NCBI GenBank assembly: GCA_027296055.1
Contig: JAPUJT010000124.1
Coordinates: forward strand, 2,992-66,991
Reading direction: 5' to 3'
Length of the DNA stretch: 64,000 nucleotides
Source: Planctomycetota bacterium
GTDB lineage: Bacteria > Planctomycetota > JAPUJT01
Position numbers and translations under genes: made by a program. The notes under the pieces were generated by a model, which was given only the letters and a program-made list of their open reading frames with translations, ran no database searches and was not told the DNA's origin. Within the stretch, counting starts at the first letter, position 1. Each line of letters starts with the position of its first letter. Shown here one piece after another: positions 35,386 to 44,222 of the stretch.

Positions 35386-35789
35386 CGGGGGGGCCATTCG
35401 TCCGAATCGGCATCGGAATCGGCAGCGGACTCCGAGTCGGAATCGTCTGACTCTTCCTTCTCATCGAAGCGATCGGACTTCATTCCGTGAGGCTTCTCAC
35501 CCGCTTCGGCCTCGTCTCCGTGCTTGGTGCCCTCGAATCTATGATCGTCGAAGCCTTCAGGCTTCTCCGCGTCCACGCGTTCGCCCTTCTTCGCGGACTT
35601 CCGGAGCTGGCGTGTGAGAATGAATCGCTTTTTGGGCGGCTCGCCGGTCTTGATCTCCTCGTCCGAAGTGAGAGCCGCCGCGGCCGCATCTTCCTGAGCC
35701 TTGAGCTCTGCCTCGCGCCTCTTCTGCTCTTCCTCTTCCTTCTTCTTCTGCTTGAAGGCCTCAAACGGATCGTCGGCGGGATTCCCCAT
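35382..35789 (-). CDS. Small highly charged (K/E/D/S-rich) hypothetical protein
   Basis: ATG at 35789 with GGAGAGGAAG upstream. 135 aa of low complexity (KKKEEEEQKRREAELKAQ...DSDSESAADSDADSDEW). The 3' end overlaps the convergent methyltransferase stop by 4 nt. Confidence 0.5.
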   Translation of the reverse strand: MGNPADDPFEAFKQKKKEEEEQKRREAELKAQEDAAAAALTSDEEIKTGEPPKKRFILTRQLRKSAKKGERVDAEKPEGFDDHRFEGTKHGDEAEAGEKPHGMKSDRFDEKEESDDSDSESAADSDADSDEWPPR

Positions 35790-35851
35790 CTTCCTCTCCT
35801 CTTGCGATTACGGCGTGGATTCTACTAGCACCCCGTCCCCACGTCACCTAA

Positions 35852-35949
35852 TTTCATGACGCGCACCAAACTCCCACCCCGGCCTCGGAGTTTCATGACG
35901 CGCACCAAACTCCCACCCGGGCACGGAGTTTCATGACGCGCACCAAACT
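35852..35949 (+). repeat. Left REP-like triplet (period 38-39 bp)
   Basis: TTTCATGACGCGCACCAAACT starts at 35852, 35891 and 35929. The first two copies extend as ...CTCCCACCC. Each unit is an imperfect palindrome (AGTTT...AAACT). Confidence 0.8.
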
Positions 35950-36000
35950 GGCACTTCCGTGTCGGACCGGTGGTCTATAGTTCTTCTGACTACTCCTTAG

Positions 36001-36702
36001 GTGTGCTCCGCCGAGAGTCCCCCCAAAATGGCCAAGCAACCCCGGTTTGTCGTTCCGGATATGCCCCATCATGTGACCCAGAGGGGCACACGGCGCATGA
36101 AGACTTTTTTCTGCCACGGAGACTACCTTGCGTATCTCTCCTTCCTGGAGAAAAGCGCCGGACGTCAGAAGTTGGAGATCTGGGCCTACTGCCTCATGCC
36201 CAACCATGTTCACCTCATCGTCGTGCCACGAGAGAAGCACTCTCTGTGGCGCGGAATAGGCTGTGCTCACTGGGAGTACGCGAAAATGATCAATGAGCGA
36301 AACGGGTGGACGGGGTCCTTATGGCAGGATCGATTCTCATCATTTCCAATGGACGAGCCGTATCTCCTTGCGGCGACCAGATATGTTCTCAGGAACCCGG
36401 TGGTGGCCGACCTGGTCGAGAACGCCGAGGATTGGCCCTACTCGAGTGCCAGGATTCACTTGGAGGGAAACGGGAGCTCCCTGGTGCGCACGGAGGCCCT
36501 CAACCCCATGATCTCGGACTGGTACAAATTCCTACGCCAGCCCAACACCACTGACCAGTCCGAGGACTTGGAGGCCCACATTCGGAACGGCTTTCCCTTC
36601 GGATCGGAGGATTTCGTCAGTAGGCTGGAAAGAGGTTCAGGCAGGCGTCTCAGGCCTAAAAAGCGAGGTCCAGCACCCGCCGGAATACTACCCCTGTCGT
36701 AA
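36001..36702 (+). CDS. REP-associated tyrosine transposase (RAYT, IS200/IS605 Y1 family)
   Basis: PHHVTQRG N-terminal motif. HUH motif in CLMPNHVHLIVVP. WQDRF. Catalytic-Tyr helix AATRYVLRNPV...W.YSS. GTG at 36001 or ATG at 36028 as the start. Confidence 0.85.
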   Translation: MCSAESPPKMAKQPRFVVPDMPHHVTQRGTRRMKTFFCHGDYLAYLSFLEKSAGRQKLEIWAYCLMPNHVHLIVVPREKHSLWRGIGCAHWEYAKMINERNGWTGSLWQDRFSSFPMDEPYLLAATRYVLRNPVVADLVENAEDWPYSSARIHLEGNGSSLVRTEALNPMISDWYKFLRQPNTTDQSEDLEAHIRNGFPFGSEDFVSRLERGSGRRLRPKKRGPAPAGILPLS

Positions 36703-36737
36703 AGTGGCGTCGATCGGACCTACAGGCACACTGGACG

Positions 36738-36838
36738 AGTTTGGTGCGCGTCATGAAACTTGGAGGCCTGGCTGGGGGTTTGGTGCGCGTCATGAAACTC
36801 GGAGGTCTGGGGGGGAGTTTGGTGCGCGTCATGAAACT
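36738..36838 (+). repeat. Right REP-like triplet (inverted relative to the left triplet)
   Basis: (A)GTTTGGTGCGCGTCATGAAACT at 36738-36760, 36778-36799 and 36816-36838. Confidence 0.8.
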
Positions 36839-36841
36839 CGA

Positions 36842-36871
36842 TTGAAGGGTCGGGGCAGCTTTCCCTATAAT
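36842..36871 (+). promoter_or_regulatory. Candidate sigma70-type promoter of the molybdoenzyme operon
   Basis: TTGAAG (36842-36847), 18-nt spacer, perfect TATAAT (36866-36871), directly after the last REP copy. It overlaps the track's ATG at 36870, which argues for the downstream TTG start. Confidence 0.45.
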
Positions 36872-36899
36872 GTTGGACGTCTCGACATGGAGGTTTCGA

Positions 36900-37391
36900 T
36901 TGGGAAAGCAGATTCTCGGGCTCACTGTCAATGGGCGGTCCTACCGTACGGCCGCTCGGCCCTACGATGTTCTCCTGGACGTCATCCGAGAAAACCTGAA
37001 CCTCACCGGCACCAAGCGGGGTTGCGACATGGGGACCTGCGGGTGCTGCACCGTCATCATCGAAGGAAAGCCGATCCTCTCTTGCCTCACTCTCGCTGCG
37101 CAGGTCGAGGACAAGAAGATCACGACGATCGAGGGGATACGAGAGAACGGCCATCTCCATCCTTTGCAGGAGGCCTTCGCCGACTTCGGAGGCAGCCAGT
37201 GCGGTTTCTGCACGCCGGGGATCATCATGGCGGCCAAGGCGATGCTGGATCGGAACCCCCGCCCCGACGACGCGCAACTGCGAGAAGGGATCTCGGGAAA
37301 CCTATGTCGCTGCACGGGATGGATAAAGATATTCGAGGCGGTCAAGCACGCGGCGACCGAGGTGGCCAAAAGGAATGCGCCGAATGAGTAA
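36900..37391 (+). CDS. [2Fe-2S]-binding small subunit of a xanthine dehydrogenase-family molybdoenzyme (HcrC/CoxS-like)
   Basis: Cys motifs CDMGTCGCCTV, CGFCTPG and CRCTG. TTG at 36900 has GGAGG 6 nt upstream. The alternative ATG at 36870 (track start) has no SD and lies inside the -10 candidate. Confidence 0.85.
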   Translation: MGKQILGLTVNGRSYRTAARPYDVLLDVIRENLNLTGTKRGCDMGTCGCCTVIIEGKPILSCLTLAAQVEDKKITTIEGIRENGHLHPLQEAFADFGGSQCGFCTPGIIMAAKAMLDRNPRPDDAQLREGISGNLCRCTGWIKIFEAVKHAATEVAKRNAPNE

Positions 37392-39717
37392 GAAGCGTCC
37401 TCATAGCATCATCGGCAAGCGAACCCCGCTGATCGACGGGCGCGCGAAATCGGCCGGGGACACTATCTACACGGACGACATCAAGCTCCCCGGCTGCCTC
37501 GTGGGAAAGATACTCCGGAGCCCGCTGCCTCACGCGCTGATCCTCGAGTTGGATCCGTCCAAGGCCATGGCTCTCCCTGGAGTCCACGCGGTGGTCACCG
37601 GACGCGAGTCGAACGTGAAGTTCGGCGTCCTCCCGATCAGCCGGGACGAGACGGCCATGGCGGTGGAGAAGGTGCGCTACATCGGAGACTGCGTGGCCGC
37701 CGTGGCGGCGGACGATGAAGAGATCGCCCTGCAGGCCTTGCAGGAGATCTCGGTGGTCTACGAGGAGCTTCCCGCCAGCCTCCGGATGGAGGACAGCTTG
37801 AAGAAGACGGATCACCCGATCCACGCGGAGAAATCGATCCGCGGGACCAACATCATGAAAGAGGTGGACCAGCACTTCGGCGATGTGCCGATGGCGCTGG
37901 AGAAGGCTCGCTGGAAGCGGACGGGACAATTCGAGTTTGTCGGCGTGACCCACGGTTTCACCGAACCCCATGCCGTGATCGCCTATTACGATCCTGATGG
38001 CCGGCTCACGGTCTGGTCAGCGACACAGGTCCCTTACTACCTGCATCGAGCGCTGGCTGAAGTGATGGAGATGCCGATGCACCGTGTCCGGGTGATCAAG
38101 CCGGCCGTCGGCGGAGCATTCGGTGGCAAGAGCGACCCGTTTCCGCACGAGATGTGCGCTGCCCTCCTCAGTCGGCAGTGCCGGAGGCCGGTGAAGATCC
38201 TCTTCGACCGGGAGGAAGTATTTCTCACCAACCACGGCAGGCACCCGACGAAGCAGAAGGTTTCGATCGGCGTCGACTCCGAGGGGAAGATCCAGGCGAT
38301 GGACGTGGAGGCTTTGATCGATGGGGGAGCCTGGTCTTCGTTCGGGGTGGTGACGACGTATTACAACGGAGTCCTCTCGATCGGCCCGTACGAGATTCCG
38401 AACTTCAAATACAGCGGCAAGCGGGTCTACACGAACAAGGCTCCCTGTGGGGCGATGCGCGCCCACGGGGCGGTGAACACCCGGTTCGCTGTGGAGGTCA
38501 TCCTGGATGAAATTGCCCACGAGATGGGGATGGACCCGTGCGAATTGAGGCTCCGTAACTTCATGCCGCCGAATACGACCACGATCAATGAATTCAGGAT
38601 CACATCCAATGGAGTCCGGGAGTGCCTCGAGAAGGTGATGGAGGCCTCCCGGTGGAAGGAGCGCCACGGGAAGTTGCCGTACGGGGAAGGGATGGGGCTC
38701 GGCTGCGGATTCTATATCAGCGGGAGCGCCCTCCCTATCCACCGGAGCAAGATGCCCCAGTCGACGGTGCACCTGAAGATCGACGTTGACGGCGGCGTGA
38801 CGATACACACCGGAGCTTCGGAGATCGGTCAGGGAAGCGATACGATGGTCGCACAGGTCGTCGCCGAGGTTCTCGGGCTCGGTCTCGGCTGGATGCGCGT
38901 CTACGCCGTCGATTCCGACCTCTCACCTATCGATCTGGGCTCCTATTCGAGCCGGGTGACTTTCATGAACGGCAACGCCGCCCTCCAGGCGGCAGAGAAG
39001 ATCCGGGAGGAACTGGTAGGGGCCGCGTCTCGACTCACCGGAAAGCCCCTCAAAGGTTTCGTCTGCCAGGACGAAAGCGTCGTCTTCGCGCCGGACCCGG
39101 AGGTGTCGGTCCCGTACCTGGATGCTGTCCGGGAGGCGATAGCGGGGAGCGGGGCCTTGATCGCCAAGGGCTCTTATCTCGGTCCGCCACCGATGGGAGG
39201 CAAGTTCAAGGGAGCGGCGGCGGGGTTGTCTCCCGCCTACTCCTTCAATGCCTACATCGCCCACTTGAATGTGGATCCGGATACGGGGATCGTGAAGGTG
39301 ACCAAGGTCTGGGCCGCGCACGACTGCGGCAAGGCCCTGAACCCGATCGCCGTGGAGGGACAGATCGAGGGATCGATCCACATGGGCCTCGGTCAAGTGC
39401 TGCAGGAGTCGATGGATTACCATCGAGGAATCATCCTGAACCCGAACCTGCTCGATTACCGCCCCCTCTCCTCGAAGCAGATGCCGGAGGTGGAGGTATT
39501 CATCGTCGAGAGCGACGACCCGGAGGGCCCGTTCGGGGCGAAGGAGGCGGGAGAGGGGCCTTTGCTGCCGATCCTCCCCGCCGTGGCCAATGCGATTTAC
39601 GACGCCGTGGGGGTGCGGTGCAACAGCCTCCCCATCACTCCGGACAAAGTCCACAGCGCGATCGAGAGGATGTGGAAGCGTGATCCTTCCAAAGTTCGAG
39701 CTCTATCGGCCTCGTAG
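37375..39717 (+). CDS. Molybdopterin-binding large subunit of a xanthine dehydrogenase-family enzyme (HcrA-like)
   Basis: 780 aa. N-terminal IGKRTPLIDGRAKSAGDTIYTDDIKLPG. GGAFGGK. Aldehyde oxidase/XDH a/b-hammerhead and Mo-binding blocks. C-terminal FGAKEAGEGPLLPILPAVANAI. The start overlaps the small-subunit 3' end. Confidence 0.9.
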   Translation: MRRMSKKRPHSIIGKRTPLIDGRAKSAGDTIYTDDIKLPGCLVGKILRSPLPHALILELDPSKAMALPGVHAVVTGRESNVKFGVLPISRDETAMAVEKVRYIGDCVAAVAADDEEIALQALQEISVVYEELPASLRMEDSLKKTDHPIHAEKSIRGTNIMKEVDQHFGDVPMALEKARWKRTGQFEFVGVTHGFTEPHAVIAYYDPDGRLTVWSATQVPYYLHRALAEVMEMPMHRVRVIKPAVGGAFGGKSDPFPHEMCAALLSRQCRRPVKILFDREEVFLTNHGRHPTKQKVSIGVDSEGKIQAMDVEALIDGGAWSSFGVVTTYYNGVLSIGPYEIPNFKYSGKRVYTNKAPCGAMRAHGAVNTRFAVEVILDEIAHEMGMDPCELRLRNFMPPNTTTINEFRITSNGVRECLEKVMEASRWKERHGKLPYGEGMGLGCGFYISGSALPIHRSKMPQSTVHLKIDVDGGVTIHTGASEIGQGSDTMVAQVVAEVLGLGLGWMRVYAVDSDLSPIDLGSYSSRVTFMNGNAALQAAEKIREELVGAASRLTGKPLKGFVCQDESVVFAPDPEVSVPYLDAVREAIAGSGALIAKGSYLGPPPMGGKFKGAAAGLSPAYSFNAYIAHLNVDPDTGIVKVTKVWAAHDCGKALNPIAVEGQIEGSIHMGLGQVLQESMDYHRGIILNPNLLDYRPLSSKQMPEVEVFIVESDDPEGPFGAKEAGEGPLLPILPAVANAIYDAVGVRCNSLPITPDKVHSAIERMWKRDPSKVRALSAS

Positions 39718-40648
39718 CGTCGACGAGGCGCTCGGGATTGCCAGGGGCCTGCCCGGAGATTTCGACTACGTGGCGGGTGGTACCGATCTGCTCCAGAACT
39801 ACAAGAACCGCCTCAACGCCAAACCCCACGTGATCAGCCTCACCGACATCGAAGAGATGAAGACGGTGACCCCTGACCGGATCGGAGGGCTGGTGCGACT
39901 CTCCGACCTCGAGGGGCATCCGCTGATCCGGGAGAGGTATCCGGCTATCGCCCAGGCGGCGAGCCAGGTTGCCAGCCCACTGGTCCGGGAGTCGGCGACG
40001 GTGGGGGGAAACATCCTCGTCGAGACGCGGTGTTTCTACTTCAACCAGACCTTCTTCTGGAGGCAGGCAAAGGGATTCTGTCTCAAGGCCGACGGGGACG
40101 TCTGCCTCGTCGTTCCGCAGAAAGAGATCTGCTACGCTACCTACTCGGGCGACATTGCTCCCGTCCTTCTCGTTCTGGACGCGTCCTTCGTGTTGCGCGG
40201 TCTCGAGGGGGATCGAACGATTCGAGCCCGGGAATTCTTCCAGCCGGACGGAATCCGCAAGCACGTGATGAAGAAGGGAGAGATCATCACCCACATCGAG
40301 ATCCCGGAGGAGTCGGCGGACCTGCGAGCGGCCTATCAGAAGCTTCGCCTGCGGGACTCATTCGACTATCCCGTCCTCGGGGTCGCTGCAGCCGTGCGTC
40401 GTCAGAACGGAACCGTCGACGACATGAGCATCGTCGTCAACGCCGTCTCCTGGACACCGCTGCTCTTCGATGAAGTGACCAAGGGTGCGAGGGGAGAGAG
40501 CCTGACCGACGAGCTGATCGATCAGATCTCGGCCGATATCCAGGACCGTTGCCAGCCCGTGAAGAACACCTACCTATCCCCGCCTTACCGTAAGAAGATG
40601 ATCGGCGTCTACGTGAAGCGTGTCCTACGGGAGATCGCTGGAGGCTGA
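39680..40648 (+). CDS. FAD-binding medium subunit (CoxM/HcrB-like) with a Cys4 insertion
   Basis: GTG at 39680 (VILPKFELYRPRSVDEAL...). FAD motif AGGTDLL, TVGGNI. C-terminal CO-dehydrogenase flavoprotein domain. Insertion C-x15-C-x7-C-x8-C at 40031-40132. Confidence 0.85.
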   Translation: MILPKFELYRPRSVDEALGIARGLPGDFDYVAGGTDLLQNYKNRLNAKPHVISLTDIEEMKTVTPDRIGGLVRLSDLEGHPLIRERYPAIAQAASQVASPLVRESATVGGNILVETRCFYFNQTFFWRQAKGFCLKADGDVCLVVPQKEICYATYSGDIAPVLLVLDASFVLRGLEGDRTIRAREFFQPDGIRKHVMKKGEIITHIEIPEESADLRAAYQKLRLRDSFDYPVLGVAAAVRRQNGTVDDMSIVVNAVSWTPLLFDEVTKGARGESLTDELIDQISADIQDRCQPVKNTYLSPPYRKKMIGVYVKRVLREIAGG

Positions 40649-40659
40649 CGGCCGTCTCT

Positions 40660-41295
40660 CTAGCCTTTGGGGCCGCCGGTGGAGTGGGCCCGCTTCTCTC
40701 GGTCCACGTAGATCCGGAGGCAGCGGTCATAATCCAGAGCCGTGTCGATGTCGAGTATCACGGCCGGGTCCCGCACCTTGACCATCTCGACGTTGGCCTC
40801 CTGCGACCGTATGACCTTGTGCGCCGGCTCTTCCTCGCCCAGGGCGCGAAACGTCGGCCGCAGGACCTTGTCGATCAGGACCGGGTGGCCTCTCCGTCCC
40901 CCGAAGGTCGGGACAAAGATCCGCTTCCACTTCTCGCCGCTCCGGTAGGCCGCGTCCAGGGTCTTGAGGACGTATGGACGTACGAGGGGATAATCGGCGG
41001 GGAAGATGAAGAAGGCCTCCGCCTCCTTGTCCATGTTGGAGAGACCGATCTTCAGCGAAGACGTCTGGCCCCTCTCCGGGTGCATGTTGCGGTACCACTG
41101 CACTCCCTTCAGGTCGACCTCGCGGCGGATCTCCTTTTCATCCGAGCCCAGGACGACGATGATCTCTTCGATACCGGCGCCCTTGCATGCATCGAGGACG
41201 AGGGAGAGGCAGGTTTGGTTGCCGAAGGGGAGCAGGGGCTTGGGTCGCCCCATTCTTTCTGACTGACCGGCGGCGAGCACCAACGCCGAGAGCAA
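40660..41295 (-). CDS. mocA: Molybdenum cofactor cytidylyltransferase-like nucleotidyltransferase (MocA family)
   Basis: ALVLAAGQSERMGRPKPLLPFG N-terminal signature of the MobA/MocA NTP-transferase family. TTG start. Convergent with, and 11 nt from the end of, the molybdoenzyme operon. Confidence 0.75.
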   Translation of the reverse strand: MLSALVLAAGQSERMGRPKPLLPFGNQTCLSLVLDACKGAGIEEIIVVLGSDEKEIRREVDLKGVQWYRNMHPERGQTSSLKIGLSNMDKEAEAFFIFPADYPLVRPYVLKTLDAAYRSGEKWKRIFVPTFGGRRGHPVLIDKVLRPTFRALGEEEPAHKVIRSQEANVEMVKVRDPAVILDIDTALDYDRCLRIYVDREKRAHSTGGPKG

Positions 41296-41488
41296 TCGTC
41301 ACCTCACTGCGAGATTTGCAGTTGGTCGTCTACCCATACCGGTAGACGCTCCTGGCCGCGTCGATGCTACAACGGTCACAGACGAGGTGCAAGCAACTTG
41401 TCCGTGATCTGGAGCTGCGCGTGGCGACTCAAGGTGTTGAGTGGCCAGGATTTCGGGTCGAGGTCCGTGTCGGAAGGGAGAGTGGTGG

Positions 41489-42352
41489 TCAGAGAAAGAG
41501 ATCCTTCTGCCTCGGACGCGGAGGTGGGGAGCTATCCAGCCCCAAGAGCCTCTGCATCAGCAGGGCGTTCTGTGCCGCCTGCGCCCCGTGGCAGTTGTTG
41601 AAGAAGACGTAAACGGCGGTCGTCCGCTGCGCCAGATCCTTCAGCTTGTCGATCCACTCCATCAGCTCCTCTCGCGAGTAGTCGTAATCGTACCTCCCTT
41701 CGCCCGAATACCAGCGCTTCCCATCCCGACTATGCAACCGGACGTAGCCGATGGAAGAGGTGGCGGCGGCGATAGGGGGAATGAGCCCCTCGATTCGAGG
41801 CTCGTCCACGCAGCAGAACGCGATTCCGCTTTCGCGCAGAAACTCGAAAACGCCGTCATCGATCCATGAGGCATGCCGGAATTCAGCGATGAGCGGGAGT
41901 TCCTTCATGGACTCGGCGATCGAGCGCAGGGTGTTCAAGCTCTCGGGAGAGCGGCGAAACGCCTGCGGAAACTGCAGGAGCACTCCTCCGAGTCGCCCCG
42001 CGGCCGAGAGCGGCTCGAGGCACGTCCGGAACGGACCGACGTGCTTATCTACTTCCCCGCCATGGGTGATCCCCTTGTAGGCCTTGACGAAGAAGACGAA
42101 CGATTCGGGGGTCTGCCGCGTCATGCGGGACAGAGTGGCGGGTCGCGGGATTCCGTAGTAGGTGAAGTTGAGCTCTACCGTCCCGAAGCAATCCGCGTAG
42201 ACGGACAGCATCTGCTCCCGGCGCGTCCCCTCCGGGTAGAAGGGACCTACCCAGCCGGGATAGTTGTAGCCGCTCGTTCCGATGTGGATCTTCTCCTGCC
42301 ACCTCCCTCGGGCTGGAGCCTTCGATGAATCTTCCGTCACTTCAGAGCTCAA
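41489..42352 (-). CDS. DUF72 (YecE-like) family protein
   Basis: IHIGTSGYNYPGWVGPFYPEG...YADCFGTVELNFTYYGIP...EFRHASW...YVRLH match DUF72 hallmarks. The start is non-ATG (TTG at 42352 or GTG at 42340) and overlaps the upstream WD40 gene's stop. Confidence 0.8.
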   Translation of the reverse strand: MSSEVTEDSSKAPARGRWQEKIHIGTSGYNYPGWVGPFYPEGTRREQMLSVYADCFGTVELNFTYYGIPRPATLSRMTRQTPESFVFFVKAYKGITHGGEVDKHVGPFRTCLEPLSAAGRLGGVLLQFPQAFRRSPESLNTLRSIAESMKELPLIAEFRHASWIDDGVFEFLRESGIAFCCVDEPRIEGLIPPIAAATSSIGYVRLHSRDGKRWYSGEGRYDYDYSREELMEWIDKLKDLAQRTTAVYVFFNNCHGAQAAQNALLMQRLLGLDSSPPPRPRQKDLFL

Positions 42353-44159
42353 TCCGGTAGACCCTTATCGTAAACCGATCGGAAACCGCCAGGTATCGCC
42401 CGTCGGGTGAGGCGGCCTGGTGGACGATGTGCGTTTGGGCGAGGCTCCCCGCGAGCTCGAGAGATGGGAGGCGCCAGAATTGCATCGTCTCTCCATCGTG
42501 GCTCACGGCCAGATCGTTCCGCAGGAACCTCCACCAGCGGACCTTGGCCTCCAGGGTTCGGATCTCGGAAAAGGTGTGTGCGTTCAAGATGTGTATGCGA
42601 TCGTCTTCCGCCCAGGCGAGGGTATCCCCGTCCGGAGCGAATCCCACGGTCCAGGCTGGACCGGCGACTACCTGCTCGAAGATCGACTTGCCCTCGGTGT
42701 TGACCAGCACCAGGCCCCCACGGCTCTCGAGCATCCCCCAGGCGTTCACGGTGGCGAGGTACCGACCGTCGGGACTCCAGCCGAGATCGCGAATTCGGTT
42801 GTACCCCTTTCCGAACCGAATGTCCCGGCGCTTCCCGGAGAGATGGATCAGGGAGACGCCCGCGAAACTCTTGTAGACGGCGACCCTTTCCCCATCGGGG
42901 GAGAGCGCGATCGGCTCCAGCTTTTCGATGCCGTCGACGCGATCTTTCATCCGTAACCTTTTCCCCTGGCGGGCATCCCAGATCGAAATGCGCCTGGGGC
43001 CGGCCACGACGAACTCGGCTCCCTGCTGGCCCGTGGAGACGACGCCTGTCTCCTTCGCCATCGTCCTGGTCCGGGTGCCCAACTCGACGAAGCGGAGCCT
43101 CCTGCGGTCGGCCGCGGCGATGTAGGCCCCGTTTCTGGAAAAGGCGATACTCTGCACGGGCTTCGCGTGACCCATCAGCCGGCGCAATCGGCCCTCTCTC
43201 CGGATCCGGATCCAGCCATCGTCCCCCCCCGAGGCGAGCGATTTCTCATCCGGGCTGAATGCGAGAGAGAGGACGTTCGCATCGTCATCCTGAAAAAACC
43301 CGATCCTTTTGCCGGAACTGTCCCACAGGAAGACCGCTCCCCGCGTCGCGCCCGCAGCGACGCGCCCCCCGTCCGGGGAGACCGCAATCACCGCCGGACG
43401 CTTCGAGAGATGGATATTGACGGTTCCCCAGGAGACGCGTCCGTCCTCCAGGGCGGTCACGAGGTCGCCGGCGGGGAGGTGATCGATATCCGAGATGCCC
43501 ATCTCCAGATCGAGCCTCTCCACCGTGACGGTCGAGCGGGATTCGAGGTCGTACACGGTCAAGATCCCGCGGCGGTCTCCAAGGGCGAGGCGGTGGGAAT
43601 CGGGCGAGAAGGCAAGGGCCTGGATCCCCTCGGATCGTCTGAGACTCTTCTCGACTTTCCCTGTGGACGCGCTCCGGATAATGACGGCGCCATTCTCGGT
43701 GGCGTAGGCGAGGCGGCTCCCGTTGGGGCTCCACACGGCGTGGCGGCAGCCGGAGATGGTGAATCGCTGGCGAAGGCCGGCATCGGGGACCCCCCAGATG
43801 GCAACGTCTCCCCCCGCGGAGAGAAGACGCTGTCCATCCGGACTGAAGGCGATCTGGCCGATCCCCTCCTTGTGGGCGTCGAAGGCCGCGATCTTCTCTC
43901 CTGTCGTCGAGTCCCAGAAGATGATGTCTCCGGCGGCCCCGCCGCTCGCGAGGAGCTTGCCATCCGGGGAATAGGCGAGGGTGCGAACCGCGCCTCCCTC
44001 CAGGCGGAATTCGAGCATGAGGGAAACGAGGGCCGGTCGGTCGGCTTCGGGAGGATCGGGCTGGATCGCGGGGTCCTCGCCCAGGGCCAGGAGGGGCGCC
44101 GATGGCACGAGCACCAGGGCCCCGATGACCCAGACCGTGAAGATGCAGAATCCTCTCAT
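42342..44159 (-). CDS. Exported WD40/beta-propeller repeat protein
   Basis: ATG at 44159. Signal peptide MRGFCIFTVWVIGALVLVPSAPLLALG. Recurrent (A/V)(F/W)SPDG..LA(S/T) and ...WD blades across 605 aa. Confidence 0.8.
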   Translation of the reverse strand: MRGFCIFTVWVIGALVLVPSAPLLALGEDPAIQPDPPEADRPALVSLMLEFRLEGGAVRTLAYSPDGKLLASGGAAGDIIFWDSTTGEKIAAFDAHKEGIGQIAFSPDGQRLLSAGGDVAIWGVPDAGLRQRFTISGCRHAVWSPNGSRLAYATENGAVIIRSASTGKVEKSLRRSEGIQALAFSPDSHRLALGDRRGILTVYDLESRSTVTVERLDLEMGISDIDHLPAGDLVTALEDGRVSWGTVNIHLSKRPAVIAVSPDGGRVAAGATRGAVFLWDSSGKRIGFFQDDDANVLSLAFSPDEKSLASGGDDGWIRIRREGRLRRLMGHAKPVQSIAFSRNGAYIAAADRRRLRFVELGTRTRTMAKETGVVSTGQQGAEFVVAGPRRISIWDARQGKRLRMKDRVDGIEKLEPIALSPDGERVAVYKSFAGVSLIHLSGKRRDIRFGKGYNRIRDLGWSPDGRYLATVNAWGMLESRGGLVLVNTEGKSIFEQVVAGPAWTVGFAPDGDTLAWAEDDRIHILNAHTFSEIRTLEAKVRWWRFLRNDLAVSHDGETMQFWRLPSLELAGSLAQTHIVHQAASPDGRYLAVSDRFTIRVYRIEL

Positions 44160-44222
44160 AGCCGCCAGCTCCTACCCGGCAAGCGGGAGATGGTAGGAAA
44201 ACTCGAATGACAAAACAACGGG

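Larger units (their letters stand above)
35852..36838 (+). mobile_element. REP/RAYT unit: Y1 transposase gene bracketed by inverted triplets of a REP-like repeat
   Basis: Three direct copies of (AG)TTTCATGACGCGCACCAAACT on the left and three copies of its reverse complement on the right, bracketing the IS200/IS605-like RAYT ORF. Confidence 0.75.

Noticed and set aside
35852-35949. Short, regularly spaced repeats (3 copies, 38-39-bp period) that could be mistaken for a mini CRISPR array.
   Set aside because: The 'spacers' are only ~9-16 nt. The same repeat occurs as an inverted triplet on the other side of a Y1 transposase gene. No cas genes are present. The arrangement fits REP/RAYT.
36704-37387. 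A 227-aa plus-strand ORF and a 185-aa minus-strand ORF spanning the right REP triplet and the 2Fe-2S subunit gene.
   Set aside because: Their N-terminal parts are simply translated REP repeats (GARHET... x3). The remainder overlaps the clearly conserved 2Fe-2S subunit frame.
41327-41348. An 8-bp hairpin (CGTCTACC-N6-GGTAGACG) between the DUF72 and MocA-like genes, considered as a possible terminator.
   Set aside because: The stem is short and no T-run follows it on the transcribed (minus) strand, so the evidence is too weak to annotate.
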